Assembly: GCF_006345805.1 (NCBI RefSeq)
Contig: NC_043000.1
Coordinates: 135,408,001 to 135,472,000, forward strand
Direction: 5' to 3'
DNA from: Octopus sinensis
Taxonomy: Eukaryota
DNA: 64,000 bases
A program made the position numbers and the translations under genes. Numbering within the stretch: the first letter of the stretch is position 1; each line of letters starts with the position of its first letter. Positions 52,346 through 64,000 of the stretch are shown here, piece by piece. A model generated the notes under the pieces. It was not told the DNA's origin. It searched no databases and saw only the letters and a program-made list of their open reading frames with translations.

Positions 52346-52669
52346 TATTTCTCTCCCTTTCGCGCTCTAAGTTCAAATCTTGCCGCAGTAGACTTTGACT
52401 TCCATTCTTGAAGTATTGGTAACAAAAATACCAGTTGCGTAATGGGGAAATGGCAGGGAATTTAATTAGTGATGTTTCTCCCACAAAGTTTGTGTCTTAT
52501 ATTTCCATGAGGAAAGACGTAAGGAAAAACATCTGGAATATATTGAAGTATGTTGAACTATGGACATTAATCAATAGAAACGTTAACTAATATAACAGGA
52601 ACTGGAGTAAAATGATAATGTTAAAGTGGAAGTTCTGATAGTTGTTGTTGCTGTTTAGTTCTGGCCCAG

Positions 52670-52776
52670 CTTTGATCGAACACACCTTTGATCGAACACA
52701 CCTTTGATCGAACACACCTTTGATCGAACACACCTTTGATCGAACACACCTTTGATCGAACACACCTTTGATCGAA
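52670..52776 (+). repeat. Perfect 16-bp minisatellite (ctttgatcgaacacac) x6.7
   Basis: Units start at 52670, 52686, 52702, 52718, 52734, 52750 and 52766, with no mismatches. Confidence 0.97.
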
Positions 52777-53046
52777 AATGTTTTACCTTCGATTATCCCG
52801 CATTATATTCAGGTATAGGTTTTTAGAATTACTACATTATACTATAAAACTTAACCTCGATACGTTGGTACCATGTGATTCGAGGGAGATTCAACTGCTA
52901 TTTCTGCCAGGTCAAGTGAATGCGTAGAGGCTACCTTCTATGGTTCGGATTGATTATAACCTCACTGAAACTGATGAGAACGAGCTCCGTCGAAAAAGCG
53001 ATCCTTCGATTATAAAACCTGGATGTTTTCTCAAGGCCTTCCTTGA

Positions 53047-53084
<38 letters not shown>

Positions 53085-53479
53085 TAGTAGTAGTAGAAGA
53101 AGAAGAAGAAGAAGAAGAAGAAGAAGAAGAAGAAGAGAAGAAGAAGAAGAAGTGATGGTAAAGAAACTAGCCGTAAGTTGTGTAGTTCTGGTTCAACAGG
53201 CCTATGACCAATATATTCCAACCGTGACGAACCTCCCTTTTGCTTTTGGTTTCCTGACAATAGACTACATTATTTAAATTTTAAGTTTTAGAAGGGTAAA
53301 GATTGATATAGATTTGGCTGCTATTTCTAGCAGGCCGAACAAGAGCGTAAAGATACATCCCATACTTTTACGCAAGAGAAACAGGTTTATTAAATTATTA
53401 GGTTTATTTATTTTCAACTGACATTGAACGGTAAAAACCCTTTCATATTTTCTGAACAAATCCTTTTTCTTTTGTACAT

Positions 53480-53696
53480 CAGTAGTTCTCAATCGGGGTC
53501 CATATTACTCTTGGAATTCCATATAAGATTTTGTCGTCAAAATTTATGTGCAATAAACTGGTTATATTTCTACAATACACAAAATGTTATAACAATTCTA
53601 ACACAATTCTTAAATAATCGAATGGTTGTGAGGGCCTCAACCTGAGTAAAATAGGAATCATAAGGGTCCATAGGCAATAAATGGTTGAGAACCAAG
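53480..53696. mobile_element. hAT-like MITE
   Basis: Ends cagtagttctcaa / ttgagaaccaag resemble the hAT CAGTGGTTCTCAA terminus. Confidence 0.6.
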
Positions 53697-54497
53697 CAAA
53701 TATGAAAGCAAAACACCTCGGTGTTGATAAAGGTGTTGGTTCTGCTCTCAGAAGGGACCCACTTTTTTCATTCGTTTTAATTTTGGCTCTAATACTTAGG
53801 CTCATTTAGTTCAGAACATACTGCCTAACATTAAGGCGAGGATGAGTAATTGTAAGAAAACAATATATTACATGGCTGACTTCCGGCTTACAGTAATTTT
53901 GCCATTTTAACTTCCGGTTGATAAGAGCTTTGTCAGCTTATTTAGAGTCATTAATGGCTTTTGTATTAGAAAATTCTTATTAAAAAAAGGAAGCGCTCCT
54001 TAATTTGCAAATATCAAATACAATTACTGGAACTAATAATATGGTTTTCCTACGTGTCAATGAGAAATTGCACTAAGATTATTAAAAGAGAAAAAGAAAT
54101 ATGAAAAATATAAATGCGAATTATATAGTTTCCTGTGAATGATCTTGCGTTTTATATAGTTATGCAATTTGATAGTTCTTTCATAAATATTACATTGACA
54201 GTAAGATACTTGGGAATTTACTGAGTTACCTTTTAACAAAACTCCCACATCCCATATTGGATTTCAAGCGAACGTTATTTCACCCCTATTTAGTTATCTA
54301 GACACTTGGAAATTACCTTGTTCATTCACTGGTACAAAATATCGCCGAACCGTTGAAATTTAAGGTTCAACGTTAATGTCTCCGGATTTTATGTTCGTTT
54401 CTACCACCAAAAATTTTGTTTCTGCAACTCTCTTTTAAACAAACTTAGAATGAAAGTCGAAAAAATGAGTATTATTGTGTGCGTGTGTGGGTGTGTA

Positions 54498-54607
<110 letters not shown>

Positions 54608-54744
54608 AACACACACATACACACACACATACACACATACACTCATGTATGTATATCTTCAAATCCAAGAGTCAGAAAAAACTGGCACTCATATATTAAG
54701 TACTAGAATAAGTATATTATCTACCCCTCCTCTTTATGATTATC

Positions 54745-54748
54745 ATCA

Positions 54749-54812
<64 letters not shown>

Positions 54813-55916
54813 TTGGTTTGGCTCAGGTTTCGTCTTATTCCTTGTAGGATTTATGTGGGTAGCGGGTTACTACCTGTAACCTTAGGTATCCACAAGTTTT
54901 CAGCAGCCTTTCAAGTGGTTAGAATCCTCCTGATAATCCTTGCTGTCTCTAAGAGAACTCTTTCTGTAGGAGCTCCACCGGGCATTCTATTTCAAACTCC
55001 TTTAGCCATTCTTTGCTTACTGTTCCCAACGCTCCAATTATTATAGGCACGACCTTTACTGTTCACATGCTCCAAATTCTTTGAATTTCAAATTGTAAGG
55101 GATTGTATTTTCTTTTGTTTTTCTTCCTCTTTCTTTACGATCCTGGAATCAAACGGGCACAATGGGTCGATAAATAAGCAACTTCGCTTTTCCTTAGCTA
55201 TAATTATTATATCTGGTCTATCATTTTCTAATTTCTTGTTCTTTTAAATAGGAGAATCACACAATATTTTACATTTCTCCGACTCCAGTACTCTTTCGAC
55301 TCGATGTTTGTCCCATGTATTTCCAGCATCGAATTCCCATTTCTGACACAGTTTCCAGTGTAAAACTTTTACAACCTGATCGTGCCTCCATTTCTTATAT
55401 TCTTCGTGTGACAACTTGGGGCATACTGCCACAATATGTATCACTGTCTCATTCCAACACATTCCCTCCATATATATTTTTCTCAAGTTGTTTGCTTTTA
55501 TCGCCTGATCTTGGGCTACTACAATCAGTTTCTCTGTGTCTTTTTTTAATTGCCCCATTTGTAACCAAGCCAAGGATTTTGTTCCACATACGTCTTCAGT
55601 AGCTCTCCAAAATTGGTCATGCAGAGGTTTCTATTCGATCTGTCTAACGTGTTCTCTTTGTATTTCATTCTTGTGCTTTCTCTTATTACGCGCTTGATAC
55701 CTTGTTCTTTATTAAATGTCTTTAGAAGTTTTTCTGATCTGCTCTGTAAATACTCTACTAGACTTTTTCTTTCCATCTGTACACATTCTTCTACTGCTAT
55801 TAAGCCATTTCTACTTTGGTCTCTCCTCATGTACAGCAGGTTGATATCAGCTTTCGGATGGTGGGCTCCATACATCGTCAACAACTTCCTAGTTTTTCTG
55901 TTCATTCTGTAATTCC
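54745..55916 (-). mobile_element. R4/Dong-like LINE 3' portion with (AAT)n tail
   Basis: ORFs 55546-55905 (RKTRKLLTMYGAHHPKAD..LY) and 55244-55573 (ETVIHIVAVCPKL..EYKKWRHD zinc-knuckle remnant), then RPDIII..FIDP..PIIIGALG (RLE); frameshifted. Confidence 0.9.
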
Positions 55917-56558
55917 CTTATCATCATCATCATCATCATCATTGTCTTTGCACAGCTTCTGTTTCGCTGGAGATGTACTACGGTGCCAGCTGTTCACTAC
56001 CAGTGAACTAAGGTAACACCCCTTATTTTTCGAGCACCTTCCGGAGTATTCGAGCGGTTTCAAGCATTGTTGTTTTCTGCAAGTGCTCCACCCTTATTGC
56101 AGCCCCTATTTGTTCTATGTACTTCTCAGGATTTTTACTCAATGTTCTCAGGGCTCCGACAATTATTGGTATTACTACCACATTTTTCGTCGATTACAAC
56201 TGCTTAACCTCCCAAGCTAACCTGTCATATCTATCGACTTTTCTTTCTTCCTTATCGCATACCTTGTTGTCAGCTGGGTATGCTATATCTATGATCCAGC
56301 ATAGTTTGCTTTCTTTCTCAATTAAGACTATGTCTGGCTTCCTGTTCTCTATCTCATGGTCGCACTGAATCATAAAATCCCATAGGATCTTTGCATTATC
56401 ATTTTCGATGATGCCTAAGGGTTTATGTTCGTACCACTTTTTTGCCCTGTCAAGTCCATACTTGTTGCAAAGTGTCCAATGGATAATCCTTGCTATATTG
56501 TCATGACGTCTCTTATATTCTTTCTGGGCTAGTGGCGTACATTGACTGGTAACATGCC
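55917..56558 (-). mobile_element. Second R4/Dong-like family with (GAT)n tail, nearly intact reading frame
   Basis: HVTSQCTPLAQKEYKRRHDNIARIIHW...RKPDIVLIEK..WIIDIAYPAD..VVIPIIVGAL..ETARILRKVLEK*, with one internal stop. Confidence 0.9.
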
Positions 56559-56559
56559 A

Positions 56560-56642
<83 letters not shown>

Positions 56643-56648
56643 CATTAA

Positions 56649-56708
<60 letters not shown>

Positions 56709-56990
56709 TATCATTATTATTATTATTTTGAAAGACTGTCGGATAGTTCTGAATTGCCGGTTATTCTTTACTTGAAAGCAGGCAATAACAAACCACCAAA
56801 GGTTTCAAGTAGTGCCTTATCCTATGACTCAAAGAGACACTAGTCTTCTTGAAATGTGAGCCGTACCCGACAATGCTGTCTTCTGGATCACCTCGAGCCT
56901 GACAGCAGCTCATTATCATTCCCCGGATTATCCAGAAAGTCGCACTCCATTACATCCACATTCATTTCTTTTCTCCACCTTCTTTTAGCA
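56559..56990 (-). mobile_element. Third, older RLE LINE 3' end with long (AAT)n tail
   Basis: Minus strand IQKTALSGTAHISRRLVSL* at about 56830-56890; (ATT)n at 56559-56727. Confidence 0.6.
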
Positions 56991-57858
56991 GTTGCTTGAT
57001 GACGATTTCACCTACTTGTGAATTTCACCTACTACACCTCCGTGTTGATGTGGTGTGTGTTGTTCTGCTAGTTTCATAATAGCCAAATTAATTGTTGGTT
57101 TCATATTGGCAATGGAGAACCAACAACACAAACCATCAGAAATGACTGAAAGCGATAGTATGGCGTCGAAACTTTGTCACATGAAACCTGAAATATTTTA
57201 TCTGGTTTGTGGGTCTTAGGGCCTTTGTAAAAAACCGGAACGAAATAGGCGGAAGAAAAAGTGCAACTCCGCTACACAAGAGGACACACCTTGTAGGGTG
57301 AAGGTTGTGGCCACAATTTACTTTGACATACATGTACACGACCACACATATTAAAAAAAGATTTCCACCTATGCCTTCTATTGAAAGTTAATATTGTGTT
57401 ATCATTTAAAATGTCCTGAGAAGCTCTGAGTATCAACAAGGAGGAGTAGTACGCCGTATTCCAAGTGATTTATGTGTAACTGGTAATGAAAATATTCTGG
57501 AGCTTGTTATCCATGCTGTAATATTTGAAAGTGAGATTAGTGATGAGTGAAGGGACAGCATCCGCTGTTTTGAACATCTACTGCCACTTGTCATCAAGAT
57601 ATTGTCAGCTATAACTATCATGATTATTTACTTGTAGCATGTTGACTAAGCATGTTTTCTTTGCTTGGTGATTGTAACAAAAAGTTACACGAAATTTGTC
57701 CTTTTCAATGGTATACTTGATGTTAGGTTATACCTTGAAAACTACTTTGGTGACTAATGAATTGTCGCTGTTGAGGAACCAGGTCACCATGAACTGATGA
57801 AAGTGTTACAGTATTAGTAACATACAGCTTGTTATCGTTGTTGTTAATCCCCTAATTA

Positions 57859-58315
57859 AAGCGGCGAGCTGGAAGAATCGCTGCTGCGTCGGACAAAGTG
57901 CATAGCGGCATTTCCTCGGTCTTTTTACGTTTTGAGTTCAAATTTTGCTGAGATCGACTTTGCCTTTCTAGCAAGCCGAGCAAGAGCGTAGAGATACATC
58001 CAATACTTTTACGCAAGGGGAACAGGTTTTATTAAATTATTAGGTTTATTTATTTTTTTAGCGTTGGTTAAACTGATATTGAGCGGTAAAATGCTTTCAT
58101 ATTCTCTGAACAAATCCCTTTTTTTTTACATCAGTAGTTCTCAATCGGGATCCATATGACCCTTGGAGTTCCATATAATATTTTGTTGTCAAAATTTATG
58201 TGCATCATATCCGGAGTCGTAAAATTAGTACTTGTTGAGCACTGGGTCAATATAATCAACCGACTCCCTTCCTCTAATAAATTGCTGACAGTGTACCAAA
58301 ATTCGAAACCGATGT
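57859..58315 (+). mobile_element. SINE family A split by a 240-bp insertion
   Basis: The 5' half ends at gactttgcctttc (57968) and the 3' half resumes at about 58205. Confidence 0.75.
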
Positions 58316-59078
58316 AAATCCCCTGGTCATTGCCGACTGATTTGACCTACGATCAGACATTCCTGCATTGATTATTCCACCTTTTGATATATCCAGGACT
58401 ACATTGTTCAATATATCCTTTCTTTTTTAGATTTAAAGAAAATTTGGTTATATAGAGGGACAACGTACAAGTTCTCTAGATGACTCATCGTGTATTAGGC
58501 ACAATACTAGTTATGCAGAGAAAAGGGTGTGCTTGGTTTTAGAAAATTATTTTACTGAGATGAACATTTTCTTTTTATCAAACTTTCCTTATATGTAATC
58601 GTAACTTTCACTTTGGGGATATGGAGGAGTTCAGAAGTCCCAGAAGTAAAAAGAAATAAACAAGTCAAAGACAAAAGCTTCAAAATTCAAGATGCATTAT
58701 GAAGATAGGTTGAAATTCCACCAAATTGTAAAATTCCACTCGCAGATTGGGAAATATATCAGCAGTTATGAAAAAGAAGATTGCTTAACAAGATAGTAGA
58801 TCTCTTTGCAAAAGAGAGAAATGTATCCCAAAAATCTGCGCAACATCTGTATTAAGAACCATATCTAGGATAATGCTCTTGAAATGCGTAATAAAATATG
58901 GCTTTACCGAATTTTTTACATAAGCTTACATACGCAATCACATCAAGGCAGATACATAAAGCATGTGTTGCTCCAGAAGAAAAATTTTACTTCTATGATG
59001 CATAAAATATTATATTGTTCTTTGTCTGATTTGAAACGTTATCTAAAACCAAATAAAGGAGACCGAAAATATGAATAT

Positions 59079-59312
59079 TTATTTCTTTATTACCCACAGA
59101 GGGCTAAACACAGAGAGGATAAACAAGGACAGACACACGGATTAAGTCGATTACATCGACCCCAGTGCGTAACTGGTACTTATTTAATCGAGCCCGAAAA
59201 GATGAATGGCAAAGTCGACCTCGGCGGAATTTGAACTCAGATCGTAACGGCAGACGAAATACGGCTACGCATTTCGCCCGGCGTGCTAACGTTTCAGCCA
59301 GTTCGCCGCCCT
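59079..59312 (-). mobile_element. SINE family A (left arm of the inverted duplication)
   Basis: Full-length reverse match. Confidence 0.9.
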
Positions 59313-59486
59313 AAAAGGTAGAGTCAAATAGATGAAAAAGTTAGCAATGCGGTTAAATCTTCCACTATGATAACTAGTGTCCTAGCATAACGAAGATACC
59401 ACACGGCCAAACTCCCACACCCAGAAAATAAGAATATCGAAACGCAAAAACGTGTAGGTGTGAGCGCATATATATATATATATACA

Positions 59487-59910
59487 CACGAGGTGGTATC
59501 AAAAAGTTCCGGGGCTAGTTCTGTAGCGCGCCAACAGATGGCAGTACACGGTCGCATGTGCAGTGAAAGCTAGCAGTGGCCTTCATGAGGCAGTGTGCCG
59601 AGTGATATCGCTGTGTTTACTTCTCAAATTGTAAAATTTGTGTTTTTGAGATCACGTGTATGCTGTAGTCTGCGATTTTGTCATGGACATTGTATCGAAT
59701 CTGTTTAGGTATCCATTAACGTACCACTGATGACTCATCTTTCAGGTCCACGATCATCAATGGTAACGAGAGTTGGTTCTATAGGTACGACCCTGAGACC
59801 AAGCCTCAGTCGTCACAATGGAAGGGGCCTTTATCTCCTACCACAGAAGGTGCGACAGAACCGCAGCTCAACCAAGAACATGATTACCGAAATTTTTCGA
59901 CACCCACCGT
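59487..59910 (+). mobile_element. Mariner 5' end with deleted transposase
   Basis: TIR acgaggtggtatcaaaaagttcc; IINGNESWFYRYDPETKPQSSQWK, then after a frameshift QKVRQNRSSTKNMI. Confidence 0.85.
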
Positions 59911-60141
59911 ATCTGTTGGCGCGCTACAGAACTAGCCCCGGAACTTTTTGATACCACCTCGTGTGTATATATATATATATATATATACGCACACACCTAC
60001 ACGTTTTTGCGTTTCGATATTCTTATTTTCCGGGTGTGGGAGTTTGGCCGTGTGGTATCTTCGTTATGCTAGGACACTAGTTATCATAGTGGAAGATTTA
60101 ACCGCATCGCTAACTTTTTCATCTATTTGACTCTACATTTT

Positions 60142-60375
60142 AGGGCGGCGAGCTGGCTGAAATGTTAGCACGCCGGGCGAAATGCGTAGCCGTATTTCGT
60201 CTGCCGTTACGTTCTGAGTTCAAATTCCGCCGAGGTCGACTTTGTCTTTCATCTTTTCGGGGTCGATTAAATAAGTACCAGTTACGCACTGGGGTCGATG
60301 TAATCGACTTAATCCGTTTGTCTGTCCTTGTTTATCCTCTCTATGTTTAGCCCTCTGTGGGTAATAAAGAAATAA
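60142..60375 (+). mobile_element. SINE family A (right arm of the inverted duplication)
   Basis: Reverse complement of 59079-59312 with scattered substitutions. Confidence 0.9.
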
Positions 60376-60920
60376 ATATTCATATTTTGAATTTTATAAT
60401 TTATATATTTTGCATATTATCTTAATTAATTTTATTTCTATGTTTTGGTTTATGTTTTTCACTGTTTGATTTGCCTAATAATGGTTTTTATCTCTAATTT
60501 AATTTATATTTATACTGTAAAATTAGATTTAATCCTAAATCTAATTTTTCCCCTGTAAGTTTGGATTTACTCCCTAATATTATTATTATTAATTTATATA
60601 TATATATATATATATATGCGTGTGCGGCTTTATGTTTGTCCTCCCTCTGCTTGTTGGTTTGTTTATGTCCCCGTAATACTGTTTAAAAAATAAAACAGTT
60701 TTAATATTTACTTCAATGACTTCATTTACTTGACTGCCTGAATAACTCTCCAATTCTCTTTTTCCCACTGGACCGATTACTGTTCCGTAATCATCTAACA
60801 TCTTATTTATTTTTTAAAGTTTATTTATACCACTCAACGTTTATTTTTTACTTCCCATTTATTTTTTAAAATACAATTTTTACCTATGGTTAGTGTTTAT
60901 TTACTATTTTTATGTATATA

Positions 60921-61317
60921 CTAGCAGTATCGCCCGGCGTTGCTCGGGTTTGTAAGGGAAATAACTATATAAGCATTTTTAGAGAGTTATAGCCAAAAAA
61001 TAGCAAAAAAATGCATTAAAAATGGAAAAAAAATGAATGTAAATTTTTTTTTAATTCGATGACTCATCGTAGACATTTTTAGAGAGTTACTTCCCTTATA
61101 TAATAGCGAAAAAATGCATTAAAATGGAAAAAATGATGGTAATTTTTTTTTTAAATCGTAGACTCATCGTAGACGCGCGTTAATACCCAGAAGGGCTCAA
61201 TATGAATCACGACTATAATATACCTGGTTTTGGTTAAACAGCACCGCAAAATGTGGGAGTAGTTAGGAATCTAAATCGTAGGAGACAGACACACAACTTG
61301 ACTTTTATATATAAAGA
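60921..61317 (-). mobile_element. Non-autonomous Helitron, copy 3
   Basis: Near identical to 51501-51893, with an A|T insertion site. Confidence 0.88.
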
Positions 61318-61580
61318 TTTTCCTTTCTTTCTTTGCCTTTCCTTCTCCATTTTGTTTCTTTACCTGCTTGACACCTGCAAGTTTTTCTGTAAACTTGTTT
61401 TCAGAACTTTAAAGTATTTCTACCACCAATAGAATATAATTTCATTGTAATTTTTATAACAAAAGAAAATTACTACTTAAACATGTCTTTTTTAACATAG
61501 CTTTTTTTGTTTTCTCTGTTTTTTTTTTCTAATCCTCAGGCGAAACGTAAAGTCCCAGTCAGCATGAACTTTACAATATA

Positions 61581-61812
61581 TATTTCTTTACTACCCACAA
61601 GGGGCCAAACATAGAGGGGGACAAACAAGGACAGACAAAGGAATCGAGTCGATTATATCGACCCCAGTGCGTAACCGGTACTTAATTTATCGACCCCGAA
61701 AGGATGAAAGGCAAAGTCGACCTCGGCGGAATTTGAACTCAGAACGTAACGACAGACGAAATACGGCTATGCATTTCGCCCAGCGTGCTAACGATTCTGC
61801 CAGCTCGCCGCC
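61581..61812 (-). mobile_element. SINE family A with TSD
   Basis: 10-bp TSD ttacaatata at 61571-61580 and 61813-61822. Confidence 0.9.
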
Positions 61813-62088
61813 TTACAATATAGTTGAATTTTATCTTCAGTACTGAGTCCAAACATGAGTAAATGTTGCGTTGGAATTCTTAAACCTACTTTAAAATAAT
61901 AATTTCAATTTAAACCATACGCCCTCTCATATACATATGAATGTATACACAGACGAACGTGCCTACACACACATACACGCAGACACACGCAGACACACAC
62001 ACACGTACACACATTTCTATGCGTTTGTGTCTACATGCGCATACGTGTATGTAAACATATTCGCATACGAGTTTTGATGCACAAATAG

Positions 62089-62130
<42 letters not shown>

Positions 62131-62765
62131 ATATCTGCATTACCTCAGCTTTAATAAAACAATACGAATAATGTGTGTGTGTGTGGTGTGTGTGTGTGTG
62201 TACGTGTACGCGTGTTTGTCTTCATACAAATACACAAATATAACTACAAGCATGTGACTGAATAAATATATAGTTTCATGTTCACACACACAGACACACG
62301 TATATTTATATATAGCATATATACAAGTGTATAAAATAAATATTTTTATTGTGACTGACTGGCTTTAAGGAACAAAACACTTATTTCCAGGAATAGATCT
62401 CCACGAACAGGCACTGTTTTGTTGACAGCTCATAACTACAGAATATTCAACATCCTTCCGGGTCCATGTAATATGTTTGGCAGCATGTGTAATTCGTTTG
62501 GCAGTGTTTATGTCTCGAGTGTTATTGACTTAGGTCGATTGATATCATAGTGCGAATTATCATTATGCTACTCTCAGGGAACAGCTTAGAGGAATAATCG
62601 TCTGTTTAATTGTCTACATGAGAGACAGAAGGAGACCTCCGTGATTGCGACGACACAGTCATTAGGACCGGAAAGAATAATATCATTGTGATCTACATAC
62701 ATATATACATGCATACATAAATACATACATACATACATACATACATACATACATACATACATACA

Positions 62766-62799
<34 letters not shown>

Positions 62800-62987
62800 A
62801 ACGCACATATATGTGCATGTGTGTGTGTAGTACTCGGTCATTTACGACAATGAGGGTTCTAATTCATTCGATCAACGGAATAGCATGCCCGTGAAATTAA
62901 CGTAAAAGTGACTGAGTACTCCACAGATACTCGTATGTATACATACATACATACATACATACATACACACATACATACACACATACA

Positions 62988-63019
<32 letters not shown>

Positions 63020-63105
63020 GGCATGTGAGTGTGTGGGACTCTCTCTTTCTATATGTATGTATATATAAATTTAGATATATAAAACATGTATATGTATAAC
63101 CATAA

Positions 63106-63196
<91 letters not shown>

Positions 63197-63198
63197 TA

Positions 63199-63274
<76 letters not shown>

Positions 63275-63661
63275 ACATACACAATATAATCAAGAGCTAA
63301 TTATAATAACAACACCATACACATCTCGTAGCGGAAAAAAGTATGTGTGTATGTGTGTTATATTTCTTCTCTATCTGAATATATTCTAGAAGGAATAAAC
63401 TGGAACTTAAAGAAACAAGGCCTTTTGATCGGCCACCTGCTTGGTAACAAGGTTGTGAAGGGAAGCATATTGTTTTGTTCATCATCTTTAAATCTTAAGA
63501 AGGCCTTGCAGATTTTTTTAGCTCCAGATATCGGGATCAATTCTAGTGTATGAATTATATATGCATGTACGATTCTATTTTTGAGCATTTGAATTCTTAC
63601 AGGAAACAATCTGGATCCTAACAAAGAAACAAAGCTCCAGCGATGGAATTGGATAACAACA

Positions 63662-63993
63662 ACAAGTGTTAGATGTAAGGGTAAAGACCCCCTTCGGTCA
63701 TGAATGACCATGGGATTGCACCTAGAAAGTTACCCTCCTAGACACAAGTCCGGGCAAGGTTGTTTATGGAAGACCAGCAGTCGCCCATGCATACCAGCCT
63801 CCCCTCTCCACGCCACCAGTGTTATCCAAGGGAAAGACAAAGGTCGATACAGCTTGGCACCAGTGACGTCGCAACTCATTTCTTACAGCTGAGTGAACTG
63901 GAGCAACGTGAAATAAAGTGCCTTGCTCAAGAACACAACACGCAGCCCGGTCCGGGAATCGAGCTCACAACCTCACGATCGTAAGCTCGACGC
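63662..63993 (-). mobile_element. SINE family C, running to the window edge
   Basis: Minus strand tRNA-like gaggttgtgagctcgattcccgg, then cttgagcaaggcactttatttcacgttgctccagttcactcagctg; short (TTG)n tail. Confidence 0.8.
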
Positions 63994-64000
63994 TTACGAT

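Noticed and set aside
57430-57620. Possible Helitron helicase remnant (IPSDLCV...LVIHAVIF)
   Set aside because: Similarity is too weak to support without a profile search.
59528-59547. CTCF-like ccaacagatggcagta
   Set aside because: It lies in mariner subterminal sequence, where such motifs are common, so it is not independent evidence of an insulator.
63978-64000. Palindrome atcgtaagc-tcgac-gcttacgat at the window end
   Set aside because: It may be the start of another fold-back but is cut by the window edge and cannot be evaluated.

Overview
AT-rich, non-coding eukaryotic DNA dense in microsatellites ((TA)n, (CA)n, (TACA)n, (TATC)n, (AAT)n, (TTC)n). The repeat landscape looks like an octopod cephalopod (Octopus), but this is recognition from memory, not a database result. 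No complete protein-coding gene is visible. Almost all ORFs in the track are microsatellite read-throughs or transposon relics. The window holds at least four tRNA-type SINE families (labelled A-D here), Tc1/mariner relics, R4/Dong-like restriction-endonuclease (RLE) LINE 3' fragments, CR1/L2-like and RTE-like 3' ends, a Penelope-like RT fragment, three near-identical non-autonomous Helitrons and several fold-back elements. It is probably intronic to a large + strand gene: there is a candidate exon at 22496-22736 and a phase-compatible 12-nt microexon at 48516-48527. Best leads: a 1.3-kb inverted duplication built around a mariner end (59066-60388), a perfect 7x TCF/LEF-motif minisatellite (52670-52776), a head-to-tail train of three RLE LINEs joined through their microsatellite tails (54745-56990), a dimeric SINE that moved as a unit, a minimal hammerhead-like core (2304-2330), and many intronic hairpins that could be ADAR substrates. 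All alignments and identities were judged by eye, and boundaries are approximate unless a TSD or splice site is quoted.
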